Shown: piece after piece, positions 1 through 11,494 of the stretch | Numbering within the stretch: position 1 is the first letter of the stretch | Layout of the letters: every line of letters begins with the position of its first letter | DNA from: Adineta vaga | Taxonomy: Eukaryota > Animalia > Rotifera | NCBI GenBank assembly: GCA_021613535.1 | Contig: CP075494.1 | Location: 3,038,001-3,102,000 of the forward strand | Direction of reading: 5' to 3' | DNA: 64,000 nt | The notes under the pieces: generated by a model | The model's input: only the letters and a program-made list of their open reading frames with translations | The model's database searches: none | What the model was told of the DNA's origin: nothing | Translations under genes and position numbers: made by a program

Positions 1-492
1 AACGTGGAACATTCATATGTAATGAACGATGATCCACATTAGATCTTGTAGTTTTTGTTGATATTTTAATCGGATTCATTTGGTTTTGAAATTCTTTATG
101 AGTCTACTCAAATAATAAGGAAATTCTAATTGAAAGGAAAATTTCATACCATATCACCAAATTGATTTATTCCTAATCGATAACTATATTTCCCTAAATC
201 AGCTTGAAAATTATGTTCATTAATTGTAATTAAATTAATTTCCCAAATATTTCGTCTATTTAAATACGAAAAAAAGTGTAAACTACAAAACAATTTTTTT
301 TTATTCACCGAATTATTTCTTCTTCTATGGAAACGTATTGTTTTTCATAAGTGTATTTATATAAATTCCATTCATTGTCAAGATATTCATTTAATATTAA
401 CGCACCATAAACATGAATGAATAGAAAACAAAGGATAATAATAGTTTTCATTTTAATAAATACTGTTTAGATACTTAGTTATTTATATATGA

Positions 493-800
493 TTTATCAT
501 GTGTTTTTTCACCATCATCATCATTATATGCATCGCAAAGATAACATGAAAATGATGATATTACTCAAGGACAAAAGACGAAGGAAAGAAATATTTTGAA
601 AGATGCAGAAAACGATGACGAATCTTTCTATGGTATATTCAGTCTAATTGACAGATTCCTCGATGGTTTTATATGGAAAAGAGTGGTGTCACATATTCTG
701 CAGATCGGGGATGCACCCTCATTCGTATGTAATAACAGAACGTTGTCTTTTCAGCTTCTGCTCGTTGTCGAGCACTTCCAGTAATGGCAAACAAAGCAGA
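493..800 (+). pseudogene. Relic of a secreted peptide precursor, probably related to the knottin precursor at 3597-3914
   Basis: Signal-like stretch LSCVFFTIIIIICIAKI, a frame break near 543, then an acidic spacer ending SLIDRFLDGFIWKR, which resembles SLSKLLDGLISKR of 3597-3914. Cys codons after KR lie in a shifted frame. Confidence 0.35.
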
Positions 801-1220
801 ATAAGAAGTATCTGTTAATTTCTCGATTAACTTCCCCCCTCCCTCTATTTCATGAATAATTGTGACAATCATACAAAATAGTGAGATCTGTACTGAGACC
901 GAAAATTCCTCTTTTATCACAATGATTGAAAAGTTTTTATAATGGAAAACTGACCGCGAATTTGAATTGAATCGTATCAAAACAATCATTACGATCGATT
1001 GAAATTATTTTTATAATACATTTGACTATCTGCTGTTAGTTCCGACGATTAATTCTATTCAATCTTTAGGGGGTTGTCTTCCGCATCCTCATCTTTCACA
1101 CTCTTCTTTCTGCAGATAAACATTGGACTATCATACAAAAAACAAAAAAGGGCTGCTTGTTATCAATTGTATTAAATAACAATCATTTTCAAACAATTAT
1201 ATGAGAAGAAGCATCGTATT

Positions 1221-2837
1221 CTAGTCTGATTCTGTATGTCGTAAGCTGTCATCATTGATAGATGCTTGTTTAATAAATTGTACTATACCACTATTACCAA
1301 ATTGCATCCATCCCCAACCGGATTTGGTTTGTAACATTTCTTCACGTACACGTTGTCGAAATTGTTTTGCCTCTTTAATATTTAACCATAGATTTGGTAA
1401 GAATGATAGAATTTTTTCTATAATTAAATCACATAATTGTCGTTGTACTTGTACAGTATTATCTGCATTCAATACTTGTAAACCTATTTCATTTAATACC
1501 TCATATATCTGCTCATAATAACCAAAACATAGATTTGAACTGTCCAATGGAATTGGATATTGTAGATCAACAATAAAAAAGTTTAAAAATGTACGACGAC
1601 AATTTTTGTTAGATAAATTATGCATCTGACGAAATCGATGTGGAGTACAATTTTCAAAAACAATTCCACAGCCAGTATAAACATTTGTTTCATGGCAAGT
1701 ACTTGGTGATGCTTCTTCTGAACGAAATTTAAGTGCACCACCTTGCAAATTACTATCGACATGTAAATAATAAACTCCACCGGCAACAATATTTTCAGTT
1801 TGACCTTCAGTATGCCATCGACCAGAATATTTCATACCTAGATTTACAAGAAAAATAAATAGATAACGAAGCAAAATTTTTATTCTTACCTGGTTTTATA
1901 TTATAACTTTGTACTTTAACGATAACTTGCAATTCAATTTGATCATTTTCATCTAATCCTAAACATTTAATCTCGCGAAACATAGGTAACATCTTCGAAA
2001 AGACCGTGGCAACGTCATTATAAATTCCATTTCGATTTTCTAAATGACAAATTGGTGAAACGATATTAACTTCATTTGTTTTATTGTTAATAAGAAATTT
2101 GCTTGGAACCCATTGATATGTATTTCGAAGTAATAGATTATCTTGTTCAGCATTGAAAAATGGACGATATGATAATAAATCAGGATCAACAATATCTTCA
2201 ACTGGAGAAGGAGAAGGATGATGATCCTGTCGTTCATTATTCAACTGATCAAATACATCAAGTAATCGTTGTCGACATAGATCATTATCTAACAATTTCT
2301 CATTAATCCATACTGGATATCGACAAATAATATCGATTCCATCCATTGGGTCATGTTCATGCCAGTCACCACTAATACGATAATGTGATTGTCGACTTAG
2401 TTCCTCGAAAAATCTTGTGCTCTCCATATCTGAACATAGTTTAATAATCCAATATGGTTGTAATTGAATCCATCTGCATACCCAACAGGTTCTTTCTTGT
2501 TTTACTGTATCGAACCATTCACGACGATTAATCCAATCTTCGTCCATGACATGTTCCTTGTAACGAGCTTTAATACCATATTTTTCATCTTCATTATATT
2601 CAACAATATGAATTATAGATGGTTCACAAATCTGAAGAAGTTGCGTCCAATCTCCTACACCATAATCTATATTTGATGGATTTATTAATTGAACTGATCG
2701 ACCAACAAATGAACGCAATGTTTCTGGAGAAATATCTAAATAAATAAGAACATTCAGATGCTTTTGTGTTGGATTTTATACTACTCACCTTTCACAGTCC
2801 ATTGTAGATTATTGATGGAATCTGTTGTTGTCATCAT
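1221..2837 (-). CDS. DUF4246-family (2OG-Fe(II) oxygenase-like) protein, 3 exons
   Basis: Exons 2837-2789, 2735-1890 and 1837-1221 join in frame through GT-AG introns. Motifs DIVDPDL, YQWVPS, LQVIVK, YSGRWHTEG..ENIVA..VYY, FENCTPHR and FLNFFIVD match the mostly fungal DUF4246 family. Confidence 0.75.
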
Positions 2838-3596
2838 ATTGAATGTCAATGTGAAAACGATTTCTACGGAGAAAATTGTATTTTTATAGTATCACATGAT
2901 CATTATTATTTCAACCATTTGATGAAATTTTCTTGTTATTATTTCTTTCATCACACAGAATGAGTAAGAATGTGGTCGAATATAGATGGCATAATTATTA
3001 ACGATGAGAGCAAAATCTTTCTCATAAATATTGATTTATTTTGCAATAGAATAATTATATGAAAAAGATGAATATTATAGTTCAAAAGTAATTTCTCTGA
3101 AATTTATATACATGGATATATTTTATATACGAAAGTGTGTTTTGTCAATATATGTAGAGGTTTTCTTACATAGAAAAGACCTAAAAAAGTTTTCAAAGTT
3201 GGAAGGTGTTTATTAATAGAGGTTTTACAGTATTCGAACGTTTTGTCCATTGATTGGATTTAGAAACATGTACTTTTGTAAGAAATTTCAACAGTAAAAC
3301 ATCGAAATTATTAACTCGATATATACAATCGATGAATAAACACTCTTCAAAAAAAAATTGCGTTTATCCTTGACAGTATGAATCAGAAAACTGTGATTGT
3401 TTCGATAATAGGATTTTATTGTTCGTTTCTTTTCAAGTACTCGTTAGTCAATCGATACATATATATATTATTTTGCATTTCAAATGTAAAAATAATTTCT
3501 CTTTATATCACACGATTGCTCGCATATATAAGAAGAGTATCAGAAGAAACAGTTATTCATTATTTCGTTATACAATTGCATTAGAAGAAAAAAAAG

Positions 3597-3914
3597 ATGC
3601 ATGGAAATCAAATATTATGTTACACTTCTCTTCTATTAACCATCATGATAATATATTCTTATGGACGAATTATAGACGAAGATTCGGAAGATATTAGTTT
3701 AGAAAACGACAAGACAAATTCTCTTTCAAAATTGTTGGATGGATTGATTAGTAAACGTGGCTGTAGCGTGGGTTCATGTAGTAGTGATAGTGATTGTTGT
3801 TCTGGTTCTTGTAGACGTCGTTATTCATTTAATTCTTTTCGAACTTTGGGTTATTGTGATCGTCGAATGTATTTTGCTCACAGTTGGCGTACCCATGATC
3901 GTTATGGCAAATAA
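3597..3914 (+). CDS. Secreted cystine-knot (ICK/knottin-like) peptide precursor
   Basis: Signal peptide, acidic propeptide, KR cleavage site, then GCSVGSCSSDSDCCSGSCRRRYSFNSFRTLGYCD with a C-C-CC-C-C framework. Confidence 0.7.
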   Translation: MHGNQILCYTSLLLTIMIIYSYGRIIDEDSEDISLENDKTNSLSKLLDGLISKRGCSVGSCSSDSDCCSGSCRRRYSFNSFRTLGYCDRRMYFAHSWRTHDRYGK

Positions 3915-4110
3915 ACTATTCATCATTATGACCGATTCCTTTTTTTTAATAAAGAAAAAAATTTCAAATTTTGATTATTCTATATATGTATTTGTATAGT
4001 GCACCCTCTGTATTTTAACGTTCTTTTACAATATTTTGAGGTCGTCATACTTCTGCTATGGCGATGACTATAAGACATTCGTAAGAAAAGAAATCTTTTT
4101 ATTTATTGTT

Positions 4111-5172
4111 ATGAAATCAATGCAAGAGCAATCGACTATAGGTACTAAAAATTCTTGTGTCATAATAACATGTCTATTATTTGACGAATTTAGTTTGCAA
4201 TGCTAAAGAAGATTGTACAGAATCATTTGTACTTATCGATGGTATACGTTGGGTACCTGACTGGGGTTTAAAAAGTCTCCAATTTGCTCTTTCATATCAA
4301 GCTAGGCCAGATGATCTATTCATTGTTACTTATCCCAGAACTGGTACGACATGGATGCAAAATATTGTCTACAATATTCTGACTAATGGACAAGCTTTTA
4401 ATGAAAATAGAAATCATTTTTTCGAACAAAATCCACATTTAGAAATCGATGGCGCCACAGGTTTAGAAATTATGCAACGACCATGTGCAATCAAAACTCA
4501 TCTACCAATCGATCGAGTACCATATCATCCATTAGCCAAATATATATGTGTAATAAGAAATCCAAAGGATGTATGTGTATCTTATTATATTTTTTATAAT
4601 ACATGGGGTGATGTACCAAAACTTGAATTCGATGAATTCTTCAAGTATTTTATTGAAGGACGTCTACCGTTTAATGATTATTTTGAAGTACTTCGTGCCG
4701 CTTGGCAGCGGCGGAATACTAACAATGTTTTACTTGTATCTTACGAAGAAATGCAAACTGATTTCACATCCATTATAACCAAAGTTTGCAAAGAATCTTC
4801 CGAAAAGTATCTTCATTTATGATTTTTCTCATTTAGGTTGCTCATTTTCTCAATGTGACATTGACTGATGAATTATTGCAACAAATAATGCAATACTCAT
4901 CATTTGATTATATGAAAGATAAATATGATGCAGAACGACGATTGTTTGAAGCATCAATTATCGATAGTATAGAAGATAGTGAACTAGCAGCACGACGACG
5001 TGAAATATTTCAAGCTGAATCACAGATAAAAGTCGTACGCAAAGGAGAAATAAATGACTGGAAATCTTTTATGACATCAGAGCAAAGTCAACAAATTCAT
5101 CAACGATTTTTAGAGATATGTAAAGAATGTGAAGGATTGGAAAACTATTGGTCTAAATGGAACATCTTTTAA
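4111..5172 (+). CDS. Cytosolic (SULT-type) PAPS-dependent sulfotransferase, 3 exons
   Basis: 5'-PSB motif TYPRTGTTW, KTH, 3'-PB motif RNPKDVCVSYY and C-terminal RKGEINDWK. Introns 4142-4193 and 4784-4836 restore the frame. Confidence 0.9.
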
Positions 5173-5805
5173 TATCATCTATTAATTTATCAAGATTTTC
5201 ATTTAAGATAGAGAGAGTATTGATATTGATATTGATATCTCTATTCAGTTAGTTGACTATGTGAAATACATGAAAAGAAATTAGTGAACTGCATGACTAT
5301 CTAAATGTTGAATAGGCTCCAATAATCGAATACGTGTTTCATAAACAATCATATCGCATAGAATTTCGATTCAAGAATATTGATCCTATGTCTTGATATA
5401 AGTTCAAATTCCATGTGACCAAAAGTTGAAAAAAAACATCCAACATGAACTTCCTGTACGAGTTTTTTGTGATATAACCCGAGGTTTGTTTGGAACTATT
5501 GAAGCGGTCTTGTTGCTGAGATTTTCCATCGCCATCGTCACGCGATCATTTTATTCGATTATCTCATATTGTATCTTTTAAACAGGTGATTGAAACTCGG
5601 ATAGTGATCGTCAAGTTCATCAAACATACCCACATTCTCATTCTCTATAAATATACTGCGAGTAAACAATGACAATATTTTATTAAACTTTAACACTGAA
5701 AAAGCAACTGTCTTCAATGCATGGATGAAAATAAATAGACAGAGAATAACCAGTGTTCAAATTCACATGAACAACTTATATTAATAGAATAAAAGCATTG
5801 GTCAT

Positions 5806-6791
5806 CTATATTACGATTTGAATCGGTCCTTTTCTGGTGTGAAGTTCACGCAAACCAGCGCCTGTACCTTGTAAAGGTATGATACGATTCTCTTTTAAAG
5901 GTATATGCAAAATTGTTCTCACTTGATCACGAAAAGTAGTCGATGAAATGAAATAAACAAAAAACGAGAAAGCATGAGGGAAATAATATATAGTGTTGAC
6001 TATTTGAAAAATTGCATCTTCAATAGCCTTTCGATAGCTATCTTTAACTGTGTACGTTGTGATAGCCGAATATATACTTTGTAAACCATATGGAACTGAT
6101 CCGATGACAATAAAAACTGTTTGAAGAAGAATCATCGATACCAGATGACGTTGAGCTCGTTGACGAGCATTTGCACCTTGAAGCCTGCTCACATTACGGT
6201 ATGTCAATGCACCAACAATGATCAAGAAAAAGATTGGAGCCATGGATAACAAAACCGGAACAGTAAAGTATTGAATATATCCTCTCAAATAAGGATTAAT
6301 TATATTATTACAAATCAGACCTCCACTTCCATTGGGAATCTGCTGTGCTAATATTATTATGGTAAATGATGCGCGAAACAAGAAATAAGAATAATAATTG
6401 TTGTACATCGAGCATTGGTCAAATTACTCAATCGACGCAGTTTTTCTCTCTGAGAAGTTGAGAAAAATTGATTAATTGACGCGTAACACGTGAATGAAAC
6501 CGTAAGAAGCACAAGTACATGAGCAAAATATAAGCGGCCTCGACACCAATCCATACTCATAGTCGTCCAATCAATCAAAAATCCTGTGGTGATCACTCTT
6601 GAGAGCAAGCCTATCGATAAATATAATAAACTAACACATGAAGTACAAAGTAGTATGTAAGCAGTCGGATGTTGAAGATCAGTTTTGCAGAAGACGATTA
6701 TATTTGATACATTTCCGAATACACCAAAGATCAGAAGTAGTATTCCGACGTAAATATTGAATTGAACAAGGCCGGTTTTTAAATCTACCAT
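5806..6791 (-). pseudogene. Rhodopsin-like orphan GPCR with a frameshift near 6355 (pseudogene or assembly indel)
   Basis: Two overlapping ORFs give TM1-4 (GVFGN, WCR, ASINQF) and TM5-7 (SFFVYFISSTTFR). There is no intron at the junction. Confidence 0.7.
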
Positions 6792-7356
6792 TGTACCAGG
6801 ATTGTTGGTTACGCTGTTATGTCTTTATTTGGTGATGCGTTCAAACAAATCTAGAATGAAAATTCTATGCTATTCTTTTCCGGTGGATAAGCACAACACA
6901 CATGTTGTTAATTCTAAGTTTTCAAAAAATATTTATCAAGAAAACAATGAAGTGTATTATTTTTTGAAAATCAATAATGTGTACATCCTCTCTCAATACG
7001 TCATAGGAGAAAGTAAATAGAACTAGATTACCTTTTTCTTTGAACCATTCTCTAAAGAAAATTATATGAAAAAAAAACGAATCGTTTCGTAATAGTCGAT
7101 TTTGTTTTGCGTCTTGTCGGTAGGTGAGTAAGAAGAGAGGATACACCATCACATATACAGCAATATAGATCAAAATGAAAACAACTTTTAGCAATAGAAG
7201 TCACAGGGGAAAAAATGTGGAGAAATGTTTTCTTCCATTAATCTTTTATGCCTAATATTTATTTTCTACTACTATTCCTTGTTAGAATATGGCTGATAAT
7301 GAGAAAGAACTATGATTGATACTGACTTTTATGCGAAGTCAATTAATTATTTTGAG

Positions 7357-7993
7357 GTATTGAAAAGTAATGTCGAAGGTATCTTATTCTCTTATTGAAA
7401 CCTCGTGAAATTTTCATTTCTTTATATAAAATCGTAGAGAAAATGAAGCTCTAAGTTTCTCTGCTATCTGATTACTCTTCAAGTGGTATTATAATAAAAG
7501 AGTTTTGCTAAAATTTAATTATTGGTTGAGACACAAAATAAGTAGCTATACTTTGTTTTTCAATTTCCCTTCATCACTTAATAAGTTGTGTTAAAGAACA
7601 AATTATGCCAAGAAACAGCGTGGAAATCTCTATAATTTATAAATGACAGTTTATTTTCTATAGGAAACAAATAAAAACAAATCGTTCATTAGTAAAGAAG
7701 AACTGGATTTTGAAAGGCAAGGAAAAGTTTTCATACAGCGTTTTGTTTTTATGTAAATTATAAAGATGTTTACCTGTTTCTTGTAGCATAATTTGTTTTC
7801 TTAATACAACTTATTAAGTGATGGGAAATTGAAATACAAAGTATTGCTACTTCTTTTGTTTCTCAACAAATAATCAAGTTTTATCAAAATTCTTTGATTA
7901 TAATACCATTTGAAGAGTAATCAGATAGCAAAGAAAAACAGACCTTCATTTGCACTAAGAAAATACGATATCTTCGACATTAATTTCGAATAC
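7357..7993. mobile_element. Degenerate foldback / long inverted-repeat element
   Basis: About 7441-7645 is the imperfect reverse complement of about 7745-7951 (e.g. tgctatctgattactcttcaa / ttgaagagtaatcagatagca; catcacttaataagttg / caacttattaagtgatg). An outer arm pairs taatgtcgaag with cttcgacatta. Confidence 0.7.
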
Positions 7994-8145
7994 TCTTAAG
8001 TGCATTAAAATATTCGTTTATGGGTTGAAAGTTTTCATAAATATATATCCTCAAATTATCGTTTAAAACAAAATTTTTTCTAAACCTTCTTAGCTTTTTA
8101 ATGATAAACAAAACTTCGATGATATAAAAGAACGTATTGCATTGT

Positions 8146-8208
8146 AAGAGTGTGTTTGACTGTGACAGTTAAGAGTACAGTCTCATCCATACCCTCACCC
8201 TCATAGAT
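8146..8208. repeat. Telomere-like hairpin element
   Basis: AAGAGTGTG...CATCCATACCCTCACCCTCATAGAT. Confidence 0.6.
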
Positions 8209-8996
8209 TTTTGTTATTGTAATTTCATCATGAAATCTTCTCTTACAACAATTTCACTATCATTTTATGGTCAAAATTCCGAGAATAAGCAGAACAAATT
8301 GTTATCATCAATTTTATCACTTAAAGAGTCTTCGTCAATTGAAACTCTCAATTGATTCTAATTCGTACAAGGATCTCCAATGGCCTATAGAGTGTTGAAT
8401 AGAAAATTTGACACTAAATATTAGGACTACATAAGAAAACGTCTACTTTATTCTTTGTCATTCACCTTATCTTCGAAGATTATAGTTCTGAACTATGTCT
8501 CTATGAACAAAGTCGATGGACAGATTATGACACAATTTAATTATTTAACATTGCTTTCAAAATTATATCCGAGAGGTACTCTAACCATGAGCGAATATGA
8601 ATCAATTCTTCTAATGTTTCCTAATTTGAAATCTGATAGATCTACATCAATTTCTGATAATAACACCGATTACTTTGGTCATATTTGATTGTATACATTA
8701 CCAATTCTTCGAGATGAATTTGGTTATTTTAATCACGAACCTCAAGTCTCTCACACAAGCAATGACAATCGAATAAATTAATTTTAAATATGAATCAATT
8801 GTAATTATTCTGAGAGAATGATGTTAATAACACGTAGTGATATTGCATTGAAATTACCTCATTATATATCAAAGAACTTGATATTGATATCTCGCATCAC
8901 TCTACTATAGTTCGCTTTGTATATTCCCTATACTTTCATGACGATCATGATTTCTTTGTACTGTATATTTTATCAATGATAAAGTTTTTTGATATA

Positions 8997-9998
8997 TTAG
9001 AGTTCATTGTGCTCGTTCGTTTTCTGAGAATCAATGCCTTTCACAGGTACGCATCGATAATAAGTTGAACCATTCGATGGAATTTTCTCAGGATCAATAT
9101 ATGTATATGTAGAATGAGAAGCACAAAAATCATGTCGTGAATGATATTTTGAGTGAAGAAATGCTTGAATATCACCAGATTTTGGTACCAATCGATGAGA
9201 TGCATAACGTAAAAGAGCATATTCTCGATTGGGTTCGAGATTAGATACAATAAGTGTCCCTTGCATGAGAACAGGAGGAGCACCCGTGGATAGATTCGGT
9301 TCATCCGATAAATTAACTTTTAATTGAACTGGTAATGTAACATGCTGTTCATCTTTAATTCCCAAAATAGCATAACCATAATTAATATCTCGAGGAATAC
9401 AACCACCGCCACTTGTTTTACACTTACAGGTGTTTCTCGTTTTGATCATATCATCAATACTCAATTTTCGTTCAATAAGTTTCAAATCGAATAGATTGTA
9501 AAATAAAAGAATATCGTTGGGATCATAAGATTGATGAGATGGATTATATTCAATACCAATGGCTGGCATAATATGATCATAATCATCATCTTTTTCATCA
9601 TAATCGAGAAAAACAGTAATAATACATGGATGTCCTTCAATAAGATGGTTTTTTAACCATAAACAATGATTTTTATACTGTGGTTTATCTTTATGTTCGA
9701 ATGGCCAACGTTCAAAATCGAAATGAAGTCTTGTCAAAGTAGCTTCATCGTTTCCATCATCGGTAATCAAATATTCACCTTGATTAATCGAACGAACCAA
9801 TTGTTGAGAAATCCAACAACCGTAGTAAAGACCTATGAACGATGAATAAATCGAGAGGAGAAGATTTACATAAAAAGAAAACAATGATTATTTACCAATT
9901 GATTGAATTGATGTTTCTCCACAATAACCGTGTCCATTTTCCCATTGTTTTCTTGGTGCAATATCAAGTATTTGACGTTTTTTGTTGTCTGTTTCCAT
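8997..9998 (-). CDS. Papain-fold (C39-like) putative cysteine peptidase, 2 exons
   Basis: Exon 1 (9998-9896, METDNKKRQILDIAPRKQWENGHGYCGETSIQSI) splices through intron 9895-9833 to LYYGCWISQ. Gln/Cys (QW...GYCG), His (DYDHIM) and a downstream N/D are in C39-like order. Confidence 0.6.
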
Positions 9999-10388
9999 CT
10001 ATATTGCTAATTATTAACAATCTTACGAAATATTTATCTAAACATATCAAGAAGAATGTTTTTACTTCAACATGAGTTTAGAGTCAAGGTGAAGTTTTTA
10101 AAATAGACGAAATATTCGTTAACATATATTTGTGAACGAAGCAAGTCAAGTGTAAAAACAAGGAGAAAAAAGTATAGAACTATAACTATAATAAATGAAT
10201 CAATCGATGAATAACCAATGAAAATAAACAATCAAATTTGAAAAATGGAGAACCTTTTCACATCAAAATAATACTTAACTAAATACAATCACCGAAATTC
10301 TTTTTAACTTCACGTATTTAATAATAAGTGTTATCACTAATTAAATAGATGTCGTCACTGATCAATAAATTTCATTTCCTATACATAT

Positions 10389-10441
10389 ATCTTGAGGGTG
10401 TGAGTATGGATGTAGAATCAGTTAAATTTCACACCCTCATC
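10389..10441. repeat. Telomere-like hairpin element
   Basis: ATCTTGAGGGTGTGAGTATGGATG...TCACACCCTCATC, about 64 bp past a GPCR stop. Confidence 0.8.
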
Positions 10442-10504
10442 AATTCAGATACTGCAAAAGATATGTTTTATTTTTTATTTCAAGCAAAAAATCTGATTGT
10501 ATAA

Positions 10505-11494
10505 CTATGAACAAAAACGAGCACTCGTCTTGACGATAGTTTGACCTGTCGTCACAGTTCTTAATTGTGTTTTGTGTGGCATAACATGATTTTGTTTCTC
10601 TAACCACAAAGCTGTTCGTACATTCCGTCTATATGCTGGAGACACGACCATATACACATAGAATGTTCCAATGTGAATTGTAAAATTTATAGTAGCACTC
10701 ACAGTTGACCAAAGACTTTCTTGTGTTAATCTTAATTGAGATTTTACTGTTGATTGAGTAGCTTGTGCATAAATATTGTAGATAAAATTAGGTAATGTAG
10801 CAATAAATGCCATTGCAAATTCAACCATCATCATTCGATTAACTTGCTGTTGAAGACGATTACGTCCAACACTTGTCCCATAACAAAGATTGTACCATGT
10901 AAGTAAACTAAAAATACCAAGAATGATCATTGATAAAATATTAGTGGCAATCAAATTAAAATAAGCAACAAAATCTTTGTATATAGCACGATCTTTGGCT
11001 AAAGCCGTGCATGAATATCCCGAATAGTAAATAGCATCTGGAATGAAGATGATTAGATAAGCAAGACTAAATATGATCACTATAATGTAAGCTCGCTTGA
11101 GAGTAAAGAAATGATGATAGCGTACATTGCGTGAAGTATTTAAAAAACGATCGATACTTGCTAAACAGATACATGTAAATGGCATGTTAAGACTCCAACG
11201 TCCTAATAGCCATCGAACTTTACAATAGAATATTGAACCGACAAGAAGATCAATACCAGTGATATTAAGAATGCAACGAGGAAAACGAGATGACCAAAAT
11301 AGTGTTAAACTACCAATGAATGAAGTAATCATGAAAATAGAAGTTGGCATTTGACGAAGCATTTTAAGACGTATGAAAACAAAAATATTCAATAAATTAC
11401 CCACTGTTCCTATACCAACAAGAATAAGCATTACATAACCATCAAAGATTTTCGAAATAGTTTGAAGACGAAGAATTTCTGCATCGTCCGACAT
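10505..11494 (-). CDS. Rhodopsin-like (class A) orphan GPCR, intronless
   Basis: 7 TM; GTVGNLLN, CKVR, CLASIDRF, FYVY..SPAYR. Confidence 0.9.
   Translation of the reverse strand: MSDDAEILRLQTISKIFDGYVMLILVGIGTVGNLLNIFVFIRLKMLRQMPTSIFMITSFIGSLTLFWSSRFPRCILNITGIDLLVGSIFYCKVRWLLGRWSLNMPFTCICLASIDRFLNTSRNVRYHHFFTLKRAYIIVIIFSLAYLIIFIPDAIYYSGYSCTALAKDRAIYKDFVAYFNLIATNILSMIILGIFSLLTWYNLCYGTSVGRNRLQQQVNRMMMVEFAMAFIATLPNFIYNIYAQATQSTVKSQLRLTQESLWSTVSATINFTIHIGTFYVYMVVSPAYRRNVRTALWLEKQNHVMPHKTQLRTVTTGQTIVKTSARFCS

Noticed and set aside
3150-3305. Tigger/pogo-like terminal sequences (gaggttttacagta, acagtaaaac)
   Set aside because: No properly oriented TIR pair or TSD could be established.
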